NCBI GenBank assembly: GCA_023421955.1
Contig: JAEZSE010000018.1
Location: 7,337-71,336, forward strand
From: Bacillota bacterium
Lineage (GTDB): Bacteria > Bacillota > Clostridia > Christensenellales > UMGS416
Reading direction: 5' to 3'
DNA: 64,000 nt
In this document: one piece after another, positions 36,296 through 46,489 of the stretch
How positions within the stretch are numbered: the stretch's first letter is position 1
How the letters are laid out: every line of letters begins with the position of its first letter
Notes under the pieces: model-generated
Database searches by the model: none
What the model saw: only the letters and a program-made list of their open reading frames with translations
What the model was told of the DNA's origin: nothing
Made by a program: the position numbers and the translations under genes

Positions 36296-38344
36296 ATGGG
36301 AGACATGATCTATTTGGTTTATGCCGCGATCGGCATTCTGGGGCTATGGTTTCTTTTATACTTTTCCGGCATCCGCTACATCCCCAACAACAAGGTGGGT
36401 ATCGTGGAAAAGCGTTACTCCACCAAAGGCAGCCTGAAGGAGCAGATCATCGCTCTGAACGGCGAGGCCGGCTTCCAGCCGGATGTGCTGCGCGGCGGCA
36501 TCTGCTTTGTGCCCCGGTTCATCCGCAAGGTGTATTTGGTGCCGCTGGTGAATATTCCCCAGGGCGAACTGGGTTACGTGTTCGCCCGTGACGGCAAGCC
36601 GCTGGAAAACGGCCAGACTTTGGGCAAAATCGTGCCGGAAGGCAGAAACTTCCAGTCAGTGCGCGGTTTTCTGACTGGCGGCGGCCAGAAGGGCCCGCAA
36701 CGCGGCATGCTGAGAGAAGGAACCTACGCCTTCAACCTGGCGCAGTTTGTGGTATTCACCAAGACACAGATCCATTACCTGCCGCTCAACCTGCCCGGTG
36801 AGCGCAATGACTTCACACTGATTGCACAGGACCTCTTTAAGAGAAAAGCCTACCAGCCCGTTGTGATTGACGGCAACTCCGACGCCATGGGGATCGTAAC
36901 AGTGCATGACGGCCCCACGCTGGCCACCGGTGAAATCATCGCGGCCAACGTATCTACAGGTGACCCAGCCACAGACCACAACAGTTTCCAGGACCCAGAA
37001 CGGTTCCTGGCCCTGGGCGGGCGAAGGGGCCGTCAGCATCAGGTGTTGGTGGAGGGCACCTACTTCATCAACGGCCTGTTTGCCACGGTGGAGATGCACC
37101 CCAAGACCACGATCAACGTGGGTGAGGTGGGCGTCGTAAACAGCTTCGTGGGCCCGGAGGGCCGCGACCTCTCCGGCGAAAGCTACAAGCATGGCGAGCT
37201 GGTGGAACAGGGCCACAAAGGCGTGTGGAAAGAGACGCTGCGCCCTGGCAAATACGCCTTTAACACCTATGCCGGCGCGGTGTTTGCCGTGCCTACCACC
37301 AACATCATCCTTAAGTGGATCCGCAATCAGCAGGGAGCCCACGGGTTTGACGCAAACCTCGCGGAAGTGACGCTCATCACGATGGACGCCTTCGAGCCCA
37401 CGCTGCCGCTGTCTGTCGTGATCCACATCAACTACACCGAGGCACCGCTGGTGATCCAGCGCTTCGGCGACATCCGAAAGCTCGTGGAACAGACCCTGGA
37501 CCCGATGGTGGCTGCCTACTTCAAGAACATAGGCCAGACCAAGACCTTGATCCAGCTGATCCAGGAGCGCAAGGAGATCCAGGAGAAGGCCGCTGTGGAG
37601 ATGCGCGAGAAATTTGCGCAGTACAACCTGAACTTGATCGAGGTGCTGATCGGCACACCGGGCAGCTCCAAGACCGACGGCCGCATCGAGACGATCCTCA
37701 GCCAGTTGCAGGACCGACAGATCGCCGATGAGCAGAAAACCACCTATGAGAGGCAGCGGCAGACAGCCATTGTCAAGCAGGGTTTGGTGGAGGCGCAGGC
37801 CAAGAGCGACATGCAGAAGAACCTGACGGAATCGGCCATCAATATTGAGCTGCAGAACAACCAGGGCCTGGCCGACCTCCGCAAGGCCGAACAGCAGGCC
37901 AACGTGATCCAGACCACAGCCCGGGCAGAAGCAGCCAAGACCGAGATCGCCGCAGGGGCGGAAGCCAAGCGCGTGCGGCTCACCTCTGAGGCCGAGGCCA
38001 ACCGCGTGGAGATGCTGGCCAACGCCGAAGCCACGAAAATCACAGCCACCGGCGCTGCCGAGGCTGGCAAGATCCAGGCAGTCGGCCTGGCAGAAGCTGA
38101 GGCGATCCGCAAGCAGGTGGAGTCCTACGGCTCCACCGGCGAATACATCCAGCTGCAGAGCGTGAAGGCATTCACCGGTGCGCTGAGCAGCTACCAGGGC
38201 GATCTGGTGCCGAAGACACAGTTCTCCGTGGGTGGAGGCGACGGCAAGCCCGCAAACCTTGCCGAGGTCTTCATGGCTCAGCTGATCGCGATGAATGGTG
38301 GTAAGCTTCCCGGCGGGCAGGCCGATCCGGAAAAGTCTGAATAG
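36296..38344 (+). CDS. flotillin-like SPFH (Band 7) domain protein
   Basis: GAGGAGG RBS. N-terminal TM helix, SPFH core, C-terminal Ala/Glu-rich coiled coil (LAEAEAIRKQVESYG). Confidence 0.75.
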   Translation: MGDMIYLVYAAIGILGLWFLLYFSGIRYIPNNKVGIVEKRYSTKGSLKEQIIALNGEAGFQPDVLRGGICFVPRFIRKVYLVPLVNIPQGELGYVFARDGKPLENGQTLGKIVPEGRNFQSVRGFLTGGGQKGPQRGMLREGTYAFNLAQFVVFTKTQIHYLPLNLPGERNDFTLIAQDLFKRKAYQPVVIDGNSDAMGIVTVHDGPTLATGEIIAANVSTGDPATDHNSFQDPERFLALGGRRGRQHQVLVEGTYFINGLFATVEMHPKTTINVGEVGVVNSFVGPEGRDLSGESYKHGELVEQGHKGVWKETLRPGKYAFNTYAGAVFAVPTTNIILKWIRNQQGAHGFDANLAEVTLITMDAFEPTLPLSVVIHINYTEAPLVIQRFGDIRKLVEQTLDPMVAAYFKNIGQTKTLIQLIQERKEIQEKAAVEMREKFAQYNLNLIEVLIGTPGSSKTDGRIETILSQLQDRQIADEQKTTYERQRQTAIVKQGLVEAQAKSDMQKNLTESAINIELQNNQGLADLRKAEQQANVIQTTARAEAAKTEIAAGAEAKRVRLTSEAEANRVEMLANAEATKITATGAAEAGKIQAVGLAEAEAIRKQVESYGSTGEYIQLQSVKAFTGALSSYQGDLVPKTQFSVGGGDGKPANLAEVFMAQLIAMNGGKLPGGQADPEKSE

Positions 38345-38351
38345 GGAGCAT

Positions 38352-38391
38352 CGCCAAAATGAAACAAGCCCCCGGCAAATCTGCCGGGGGC
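38352..38391. terminator. bidirectional terminator
   Basis: gcccccggca / tgccgggggc stem with T-rich flanks. Confidence 0.45.
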
Positions 38392-38424
38392 TTACAACTC
38401 CTTTCGGAGGTAAGTTGTTTTCCA

Positions 38425-38871
38425 TTAGCTCCAATACGTATAAACCTTTACTAGCCCCGAATCAAAGTCAATCACCGCCTCGGCATACATGGCCCCGCCG
38501 CCGGGCTCGATTGCAAAATTCTTTATGCCTTCCATCTCCACGCCGGCATCCCTGAGGCCGGGCGATGCTTCCACCCAGTCCTTCAGGTCATCTTCCGGCA
38601 AAACGAAGCTGGCCCGAAACGCTCGCGTAAAAGGACCGCCTTCTGTTGAAATGGTAAACTGCTCCTTGGAATCAGGGACCGGGGCAAGCCTGGCCCACTC
38701 CTGCGTGCATTCCAGCATGCTTGCCTGAGCCGACGGATCCTGATTGTTTCGGTCGTTGGATGGGGCAAGGATCTGGATTATGTTGAAAGCGGTATATGCG
38801 GCAAAGGAAATGACGAGACCGCCGATCACACAGGCGGCGATGATCAGTATCGTGTTACGGCGGTATTTCAT
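38425..38871 (-). CDS. membrane-anchored hypothetical protein
   Basis: Start MKYRRNTILIIAACVIGGLVISF (single TM helix) followed by an extracytoplasmic domain. Confidence 0.45.
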   Translation of the reverse strand: MKYRRNTILIIAACVIGGLVISFAAYTAFNIIQILAPSNDRNNQDPSAQASMLECTQEWARLAPVPDSKEQFTISTEGGPFTRAFRASFVLPEDDLKDWVEASPGLRDAGVEMEGIKNFAIEPGGGAMYAEAVIDFDSGLVKVYTYWS

Positions 38872-39017
38872 TTGTTCCCCCAATGAATTCGATTCGTTAT
38901 TCAAAATCAAGACACATGTAGGCTCCTTGCCGATTAGTTGTGGACACTACTCCTCTGTCTATCCTATTGCGATAATACTTCTAACCAATACCCCCGTCAA
39001 GGAAAATTGCATACTTG

Positions 39018-40193
39018 TCAATCCAGATAGTGCCCCCTGATCCTCTCCAACGCCGCCTCATCCCCTGCCAGCGCGGCCTCAATGTCATCCAGGCTTCGCG
39101 CCTTCAGCGGCAAAGGCAGCCTCGCCACCGGTAGCTGGGCAAAGAGCATTTTCTCGATCTCGCCCTGTGGCATAGCGTCATCGGCAAGGGCGACCACCGG
39201 CAGGGAGCATACCTTGTTGGCCACGTCGGATTGCACGCCTTTGGACAGCAGCGCCGCCACAAACGCGGTTGCCGCAGCGTTTTTCGTCTCACTTTCAGAG
39301 CGCACCACAGCAGCAAACTGCACCGACAGGCAGGGCCGCAGGCCGTTGGGCCAGGGCAGAGCCGCATAATCAAATGCCTTGTTTTTGGAAGCCAACCGGC
39401 CCATCAATGCCGTCTCCCATTGGCTGCACAACAACACCGCGCACCGCCTGGCGGAATAGACTGACCGGGCCTGATCAATGCTCATGCGGAACGCCTTGTC
39501 CGGCAGCAAGTTCTTTTCCTTAAAAACAGCCAATGATATACCATCCAGTGCCAGGGACTCAAACAGTGGTGCTGCACCGGCTATCGCCATCCCTGGCTTT
39601 TTGCGCCGGCCAGTGGCGGCTGACTGAGCATATGCCAGTAACGCATCGGCAGTCCATGTTGTGTCATTCACCGGCGGCTCCACGCCAACGGCGCGGCCCA
39701 CCTCATTGTTGGTGAGCACCAGTTGCCCACCAGCCATCCAGGGCACAGCACGGGAGTCTGCAGAGAAGAGCCTCGCGAACGGGCTTGACAGCGGCGGAAG
39801 AGCAGCGGAATTGAAATCCAGCAACAGCTCTCCATCAATGCCCGCCCATCCGTCGGGGAAGGAGACCACATCGGGCAATTCTCCGGCAGCAAGACGCTGG
39901 GCGAACTGCTCCGCCGTCACGTTTTCCGCTTCCACAAACACGCCGATATTGGCCTTCTCAAAGCGCCGGGCAGCTCCTTGCAGCAGGTTGGTGCGGCTGT
40001 AACTGCCCACTCGCCAATCGTTCACCTGCCAGACCTTCAACACACCCTGGTAGGGGGATTGCCTTGGGCTCAAAAACCTCACCTCATCATAGGGCTTCAG
40101 TTTACCGGGGAACAGGAACACGCCAGCCACCACTATGCCGCCCAGCAGTATGGTAAAGAGGATTGGTTTGACGAACTGCCTGAATTGATGCAT
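39018..40193 (-). CDS. membrane-anchored extracytoplasmic protein of unknown function
   Basis: Start MHQFRQFVKPILFTILLGGIVVAGVFLF. ~360-aa soluble domain. Confidence 0.45.
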   Translation of the reverse strand: MHQFRQFVKPILFTILLGGIVVAGVFLFPGKLKPYDEVRFLSPRQSPYQGVLKVWQVNDWRVGSYSRTNLLQGAARRFEKANIGVFVEAENVTAEQFAQRLAAGELPDVVSFPDGWAGIDGELLLDFNSAALPPLSSPFARLFSADSRAVPWMAGGQLVLTNNEVGRAVGVEPPVNDTTWTADALLAYAQSAATGRRKKPGMAIAGAAPLFESLALDGISLAVFKEKNLLPDKAFRMSIDQARSVYSARRCAVLLCSQWETALMGRLASKNKAFDYAALPWPNGLRPCLSVQFAAVVRSESETKNAAATAFVAALLSKGVQSDVANKVCSLPVVALADDAMPQGEIEKMLFAQLPVARLPLPLKARSLDDIEAALAGDEAALERIRGHYLD

Positions 40194-40482
40194 ACGGTTC
40201 ACCCGTATATATCTATTCAGCCGGCAGTAGTTCCTATTCAACAGACATGTTATGGGCAATACAGAATGGAGCAACAATTCATGCCTTCATGATATCGATA
40301 GATATTAGGCGCTTCGGTGATATGTTGTATCATGGATATAGCACGATGAAAGGGAGAAATTGAAAAATGATCTATGCCGAGCACATGGCATATAGCTGAA
40401 AGGTGACAGAGCCCCGCCCCACAGGGGCAAGCAGATTCAATCTCAAAACGCAAACTTCAGCTCATTGAACCTCACCGTGTCA

Positions 40483-41253
40483 TCAGGCCTGGCCATTCCC
40501 GACCAAGGGCGCAACGCTTGGCTTTTTGTAAAAGTACAATGCAAGCCCCATAACAAGGATAAGGAGCGCGATGAATTGCGACGTGGACAGGAACGCGATG
40601 CTGCCGCGATTGTCATTGCGCAAAAACTCAATCAAGAAGCGCCCCACACTGTAGAGGACAAGATAAGCCGCGCCGGTCTTTCCATCCGGACGGTTTTTCC
40701 TTGCATGAAGAAGCAGCAGCAAAGCGATTGTAAAGTCCCCCACGCTCGAGAAAAGCTGCGTCGGGATAAGCTGCACACCGCCGGGCGCAAGGCTGCCATC
40801 GGGAAATGTGACACCATACCAGGCGTCGGTTTCACGGCCGTAGCAGCAGCCCGCAAGAAAGCACCCGATCCGTCCGAACCCCTGCGCCAGCGCCACCGAC
40901 GGAACCAGAAGGTCGAGATATTTCAGGAAAGAGACCTTTTTAACACGGCAGTAGAGCATCGCCGCGACCACGCCCCCAACGATGCCCCCATAAACCACAA
41001 ACCCGCTGCCGGATAGAAATTCCCAGGGATTATCTAGAAATGAATAGAAATTGATCAGGCAGTAAAGAAGCTTTGCGCCAAAAAAGCCCGACAAAAGCGC
41101 TACTATACCGATGCCATAAATCATGTTCTCGTCCAGCCCCTTTTTAGGGGAGCGGAGCACAGCCAGAATCACGGCCAGGATCACGCCGACTGCGATCATC
41201 AGCCCATAGCCATGCATCGTTACGGGGCCAATCGAGAACAGATTGTTGTACAT
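40483..41253 (-). CDS. lgt: prolipoprotein diacylglyceryl transferase
   Basis: GFGRIGCFLAGCCYG signature and 7 TM helices. Confidence 0.9.
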   Translation of the reverse strand: MYNNLFSIGPVTMHGYGLMIAVGVILAVILAVLRSPKKGLDENMIYGIGIVALLSGFFGAKLLYCLINFYSFLDNPWEFLSGSGFVVYGGIVGGVVAAMLYCRVKKVSFLKYLDLLVPSVALAQGFGRIGCFLAGCCYGRETDAWYGVTFPDGSLAPGGVQLIPTQLFSSVGDFTIALLLLLHARKNRPDGKTGAAYLVLYSVGRFLIEFLRNDNRGSIAFLSTSQFIALLILVMGLALYFYKKPSVAPLVGNGQA

Positions 41254-41276
41254 CGCAATATCCTTCTAGTTCCGGC

Positions 41277-42542
41277 TTAGTCCCAAAACTCAAACTCCAA
41301 CTCATTGAGCCTCACAGTATCATCATGCTTGGCCCCCATCTCCCGGAGCTTCTCAATGATCCCGGTTTCATACAGCCTGCGCTCAAAAAACTGCATGCTC
41401 GTGCTGTCGGAGAAATTCGTGGAGTCGATGATCTTGGTGATCAGCGGTCCGGTCACCACGTAGACATCATCCTCCATGTCCACGGTGTAGTCGTTGTTGG
41501 GCAGCGACTCCAGTTCCTCCATCTCCTCGTGGAACACCTCCACCGGAGGCAGATCGGCCAGCTTTTTGGCCACGGCGCGCATCAGCTCCAACAAGCCCTG
41601 GTTGGTGGCGGCGGAAACCGGATACACCTCATAGCCCTGCGCTTTGCAGTGGTTGGTGAGTTCCTCCAGATAAACCTCCGCGTCGGGCAGGTCAGTCTTG
41701 TTGGCAGCCACGATCTGCGGGCGGCCGGCCAACACGGCGCTGTAAAGCCTCAATTCCTTGTTGATCTGCTCAAAGTCCTGCACAGGGTCGCGGTCCTCAC
41801 TGCCGGAGGCATCGATCACATGCACCAGAAGCCTGGTGCGCTCCACATGCCGGAGGAAGTCGTGCCCCAGGCCTGCGCCTTCGTGGGCGTTTTCGATGAG
41901 GCCGGGGATGTCTGCCACCAAAAAGCTCTTACCATCCACCTCGGCCACGCCCAAATTGGGCGACAGAGTGGTGAAGTGGTAGTTGGCGATCTTCGGGCGG
42001 GCGCGGGTGACCACCGAAAGCATTGTGGACTTGCCCACGTTGGGGAAGCCCACCAGGCCCACGTCGGCGATGGTTTTCAGCTCCAGCGATACCTCATAGC
42101 CCTTGGTTTTCTGGCCCGGCTGGGCGAAGTTGGGGGCCTGACGGGTGGGTGTGGCATAGTGCACGTTGCCCCAGCCGCCACGGCCTCCCCGCAGCACCAT
42201 ACGGCGCTCACCGGGCACATACATATCGGCCACCACGCGGCCGGACTCCATCTCGCGTATCACGGTGCCCACCGGCACTTTGATGATGAGGTCTTCCCCA
42301 TCCTTGCCAAAGCACTTGTTGGCGCCGCCAGGTTCCCCATCCACTGCCTCATACTTCCGCTGATAGCGGAAGTCCAGAAGCGTTCGCATGCCGGGGTCGG
42401 CCTCAAACACAATGCTGCCGCCGCGGCCGCCGTCGCCGCCGTCCGGGCCGCCCTTTTGCACCATCGCCGAGCGGTGGAAAGACACCTTGCCGTTGCCGCC
42501 GTCGCCGGATTTGATGAGGATTTTCGCGGTATCTACAAACAT
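41277..42542 (-). CDS. obg: GTPase Obg/CgtA
   Basis: MFVDTAKI...SGDGGNG Obg-fold, G-domain GFPNVGKST, C-terminal OCT domain. Confidence 0.9.
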   Translation of the reverse strand: MFVDTAKILIKSGDGGNGKVSFHRSAMVQKGGPDGGDGGRGGSIVFEADPGMRTLLDFRYQRKYEAVDGEPGGANKCFGKDGEDLIIKVPVGTVIREMESGRVVADMYVPGERRMVLRGGRGGWGNVHYATPTRQAPNFAQPGQKTKGYEVSLELKTIADVGLVGFPNVGKSTMLSVVTRARPKIANYHFTTLSPNLGVAEVDGKSFLVADIPGLIENAHEGAGLGHDFLRHVERTRLLVHVIDASGSEDRDPVQDFEQINKELRLYSAVLAGRPQIVAANKTDLPDAEVYLEELTNHCKAQGYEVYPVSAATNQGLLELMRAVAKKLADLPPVEVFHEEMEELESLPNNDYTVDMEDDVYVVTGPLITKIIDSTNFSDSTSMQFFERRLYETGIIEKLREMGAKHDDTVRLNELEFEFWD

Positions 42543-42691
42543 TTTGCTCTCACTTCATGGGCCGATTGTTCTGACCCTAGTATTGGTTATCGCTTCATAT
42601 GACATGTAGGGGTTCATGATTTGAACCCCTACTGAATTCGGATAATTATACCATATTACGAGAGATAGAGTAAGAGTTCATGCTATGCAGC

Positions 42692-42720
42692 ATGACAAGT
42701 ATACAAATTACTGTTATAAT
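42692..42720 (+). promoter_or_regulatory. sigma-70-like promoter (ATGACA, 17 nt, TGtTATAAT) for the AT-rich gene
   Basis: Extended -10 element with near-consensus spacing. Confidence 0.45.
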
Positions 42721-42767
42721 GATCACATGTCATAAATATGCGAATTTCGTCAGTGAAAGGTAGCATC

Positions 42768-43412
42768 ATGTTTGCAGTGAACACCTATGAAGAGATCGAA
42801 AAAATCGAACGTGCGATAAATGAAATGCATATTGTAATACTGTTATTTGTACGTCCAAGTCTGCGTGGTGCTCAAGAAATAATTGACGAGTTTAACTACA
42901 TTCATCACAATTCAGAAAAGTTTTGTTCGATTTACTCAGTAGGATATACAAATGATCCATCTCTTGCCAACAACAACGAGCACAAACGAGTAACCGGTAC
43001 AAATGGAGCAGATTGGTATTTCAATGATCAAAAATTTATTGAATTCAAAAACAGTCTTGAACGCAGACTTAATTGGAAATACTCAGGTGAGATCGAATTA
43101 CTAGTATTGCAAAGCAACCCGAACGGACACCACATACTTAACTTTCAAAACTATGTAGCGATTGATGTAAACTACGGAATTAAACACGATTATATTGATT
43201 CGTTCCCGAGACTCATGGAATCTATAATCCGAAATTCACGCTCCGAAGTTACAGCATCGTCAGTGATTAATAAAGTAAGTAATTCTCGCCTAAGTATAAG
43301 GAGTGTTATTCAAGAAACGATCAGCGAATGCAAAAAGATCCCTACACCAGTGAAAAAGATTCTTAAGGATCACCTATTCTATTTATCATCTACACACATA
43401 CCTGGAAGATGA
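42768..43412 (+). CDS. AT-rich orphan gene (214 aa) inserted between obg and nfnAB
   Basis: GC ~38% against ~59% in flanking DNA. Own promoter, RBS GAAAGG and downstream hairpin. Opposite strand to both neighbours. No recognisable family. Confidence 0.5.
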   Translation: MFAVNTYEEIEKIERAINEMHIVILLFVRPSLRGAQEIIDEFNYIHHNSEKFCSIYSVGYTNDPSLANNNEHKRVTGTNGADWYFNDQKFIEFKNSLERRLNWKYSGEIELLVLQSNPNGHHILNFQNYVAIDVNYGIKHDYIDSFPRLMESIIRNSRSEVTASSVINKVSNSRLSIRSVIQETISECKKIPTPVKKILKDHLFYLSSTHIPGR

Positions 43413-43474
43413 CAATATCAAAAGCAATATTCCCCAACTATAATTCATGTAATCAAGTCACGCATAAGTAACAA

Positions 43475-43503
43475 CCCCTCTTCCATGGTTTTTGGAAGAG
43501 GGG
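43475..43503. terminator. bidirectional hairpin terminator
   Basis: cccctcttcc / ggaagagggg 10-bp stem. Confidence 0.5.
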
Positions 43504-43537
43504 CTTACGTTTGTACTATAGAAAGAAAATCAAGTAA

Positions 43538-44917
43538 TTATTCCGACAACCTCTTATGGATTGCCGCCGCCGCCTTCTTGCCGGCGCCCATCGCCAAAAT
43601 CACCGTGGCAGCGCCGGTAACAGCGTCACCGCCGGCATACACGCCCGGCAGGCTGGTCTCGCCGGTCTCCTCCGCCACAACGATGCCGCCCCATTTCTGG
43701 ATCTGGATGCGGGGCTCGCTGTTGGTGAGCGCCGGGTTGGGGCGGGTGCCGATGGCAATGACCACCACGTCGCAATCCATCGTGAACTCGCTGCCCTCGA
43801 TAGGCTTCACGCCCCGGCGGCCACTGCTGTCCGGCTCGCCCAGCGCCATTTTCACGCACTTGAGGCCGGTTACAAAGCCGTCTTGCCCCAGCACCTCGAT
43901 GGGGTTGGTGAGCATATCGAAGATGATGCCCTCCTCCTCGGCGTGCACGACCTCTTCGGCACGGGCAGGCATTTCTGTGCGGGACCGGCGGTAGACGATG
44001 TGCACCTCTTCGGCTCCCATACGGAGCGCGCAGCGGGCGGCGTCCATCGCCACGTTGCCGCCGCCGACCACGGCCACCCTGCGGCCCTTTTTCACCGGTG
44101 TGGCGGCGTCGGGCTGATATGCCTTCATCAGGTTGATGCGGGTCAAAAACTCATTGGCGGAATAAACACCGATCAGGTTTTCACCGGGGATCTTCATAAA
44201 CTGCGGCAGCCCAGCCCCGGAGCCGATGAACACGGCCTGGAAGCCTTCTTCCTCCAGCAGTTGGTCAATGGGTGTGCCATAGCCCACGGCCACGTTGGTC
44301 TCCAGCTTCACACCCAGCTCTTTGAGGCCGGCGATTTCGTCAGCCACGATGCTCTTGGGCAGGCGGAACTCGGGGATGCCATAGACCAGCACGCCGCCGG
44401 GCGTATGCAGCGCCTCAAAGATTGTCACATCATAACCAAGCCGCGCCAGATCGCCTGCGCAGGTGAGGCCGGCGGGGCCTGAGCCCACCACGGCCACCTT
44501 TTTGCCGTTGGGCGCTTCCTTATGCAGATCCTTCAAACTGGCCTTTCGGGCGAAATCGGCGGCGAAGCGCTCCAGGTTGCCGATGGCGATGGGCCGGCCG
44601 GCTTTCTGGAACACGCACAGCTTTTCGCACTGCTCCTCCTGCGGGCACACACGGCCGCAAACACCTGGCAGGCTGTTGGTGCTGGTGATCACTTCATATG
44701 CCTTGTCAAAATCACCGGCCTTGATGTGGCTGATGAACTGGGGGATCGGCACGCTCACCGGGCAACCGGCCACGCAGCCGGGCTTTTTGCAGTTGATGCA
44801 GCGCTCGGCCTCAGCCATTGCCTGCTCGTCGGTATAACCCAGCGCAACTTCGTCAAAGCAGCGGGCACGCTCCATCGCGTCCCGTGCGTCCATATGCATC
44901 CGTTCTTTCATCGCCAT
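43538..44917 (-). CDS. nfnB: NfnB, NADPH-dependent GltD-like subunit of NADH-dependent reduced ferredoxin:NADP oxidoreductase
   Basis: N-terminal Cys clusters (CINCKKPGCVAGCP, CGRVCPQEEQCEKLC), FAD and NADPH Rossmann motifs. Start is 1 nt after the nfnA stop. Confidence 0.8.
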   Translation of the reverse strand: MAMKERMHMDARDAMERARCFDEVALGYTDEQAMAEAERCINCKKPGCVAGCPVSVPIPQFISHIKAGDFDKAYEVITSTNSLPGVCGRVCPQEEQCEKLCVFQKAGRPIAIGNLERFAADFARKASLKDLHKEAPNGKKVAVVGSGPAGLTCAGDLARLGYDVTIFEALHTPGGVLVYGIPEFRLPKSIVADEIAGLKELGVKLETNVAVGYGTPIDQLLEEEGFQAVFIGSGAGLPQFMKIPGENLIGVYSANEFLTRINLMKAYQPDAATPVKKGRRVAVVGGGNVAMDAARCALRMGAEEVHIVYRRSRTEMPARAEEVVHAEEEGIIFDMLTNPIEVLGQDGFVTGLKCVKMALGEPDSSGRRGVKPIEGSEFTMDCDVVVIAIGTRPNPALTNSEPRIQIQKWGGIVVAEETGETSLPGVYAGGDAVTGAATVILAMGAGKKAAAAIHKRLSE

Positions 44918-44918
44918 C

Positions 44919-45764
44919 TCAACCACCCACCTTGCAGGCATGCCGCTCGTTGGCTGCCTTTTCTTCTCCGCGATAGGCGGTCAGCCGCTTCATCGCTTCG
45001 TCAAAATCCACCTGGTGGGCATCAAACTCCGGGCCGTCCACGCAGGCATATTTGGCCTCGCCGCCCACACTGATGCGGCAGCCGCCGCACATGCCGGTGC
45101 CATCCACCATGATGGGGTTCATGCTGGCCCAGGTCTTCACACCGTATTCCTTGGTCATCCTGCTCACGAACTTCATCATGATCACTGGCCCGATCGTGAT
45201 CACCTCGTCATAGTGCTCTGCTTCCAACAGCTCGCGCAAGACGTCGGTGACCAGGCCCTTGCGGCCCCTGGTGCCGTCATCAGTGGTGATGAACAGCCGG
45301 TTGCACACGGCACGGACTTCGTCCTCCAGGATGATCAAATCCGCACTGCGGGCGCCGATGATCACGTCTACATCCACGCCGCGCTCATAAAGCGCCTTCA
45401 CCTCCGGATAAACCACGGCCACACCCACGCCACCGCCCACGCACAGCACATGGCCGTGGTCAGGGAGCTCAGCCGGCTTGCCCAGCGGGCCTAAAAAGTC
45501 CAGCAACGCCTGGCCGGGCTCCATCGAAGCCAGCAGTCTGGTGGCGTGGCCCACAGCCTGGAAAATAATCGTAACTATTCCTTTTTCATGATCCACATCG
45601 GCCATTGTGAGCGGGAAACGCTCGCCTTGCTCATTCACACGAATCATAACAAATTGGCCTGGTTGGGCGCGCCTGGCAGCGCGGGGGGCCAGAATATCCA
45701 TGCGGTAAGTATCAGGGCCGATCTGGTTTTTGGTGAGAATCTGATACAAGGGGGTTACCTCCAT
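44919..45764 (-). CDS. nfnA: NfnA, ferredoxin-NADP reductase-like small subunit
   Basis: PyrK-like FAD/NAD-binding fold with a C-terminal Cys cluster (CGGCRISVGGEAKYACVDGP). Confidence 0.8.
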   Translation of the reverse strand: MEVTPLYQILTKNQIGPDTYRMDILAPRAARRAQPGQFVMIRVNEQGERFPLTMADVDHEKGIVTIIFQAVGHATRLLASMEPGQALLDFLGPLGKPAELPDHGHVLCVGGGVGVAVVYPEVKALYERGVDVDVIIGARSADLIILEDEVRAVCNRLFITTDDGTRGRKGLVTDVLRELLEAEHYDEVITIGPVIMMKFVSRMTKEYGVKTWASMNPIMVDGTGMCGGCRISVGGEAKYACVDGPEFDAHQVDFDEAMKRLTAYRGEEKAANERHACKVGG

Positions 45765-45974
45765 GTGGTATTTATAAGTCTGGATGTATTATAACACGGT
45801 GAAATGGAATGTGAAAAACAATATGTATTGGAAATTGACAAATCGGTATCACCTAGACAAAAAAGAGGAAGAGAATCTCACAAGAATCACACGAACTGCA
45901 TTTCCAAATAACTACGCAATGCAGAAAAGGCCAGGTAAACACCCAGCCCTCATCCTATCGAACTAATACTTCTA

Positions 45975-46379
45975 TCACGCCTGCCCGCTCGCCCTGATGT
46001 GCCTGCCAATCTCCGCATCCTGCCGGCTGATATGATTCACCAGCCAATTGGACACCGTCATCGCAATCATCGTGCTGGAAGCCGTGGTGACTCCGTTCTT
46101 CTCAATGTCCGCCGTCATCTCCTTCACTGTTTCCAAAAACTCCTTGTGCAGCTTGCGGTGCTCCTGGTATTTCGGGTAATTGCAGCGCACCTGGATAGCT
46201 TCCTCGTCACGGAAATGGTTCACCACATAGCTGGACAGAAACGCCAGCACCTTCAGCGTTTCCTCCCTGCCGTTTTCGCTACGCAAAGCGGCGAAAAACT
46301 TGTTCACCCGGTTGATCAGCTCCTTGTGCTGATTGTCGATCGTATCCACACCGACGGAGAGATTATCTGCCCATTCCAT
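45975..46379 (-). CDS. bacteriohemerythrin
   Basis: MEWADNLSVGVDTIDNQHK start and H/E/D iron ligand pattern (HF..EE, H...H). Confidence 0.8.
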   Translation of the reverse strand: MEWADNLSVGVDTIDNQHKELINRVNKFFAALRSENGREETLKVLAFLSSYVVNHFRDEEAIQVRCNYPKYQEHRKLHKEFLETVKEMTADIEKNGVTTASSTMIAMTVSNWLVNHISRQDAEIGRHIRASGQA

Positions 46380-46489
46380 ACATTCCACTCCAAAGTTGAA
46401 TTCTACCTATAAATGCCCGCAGGTCATACCTCTGAAACAAATCAAAGGCCGGGCTCCCTTCGGTGCCCGGCCTTCCATGGTGCATTTGA

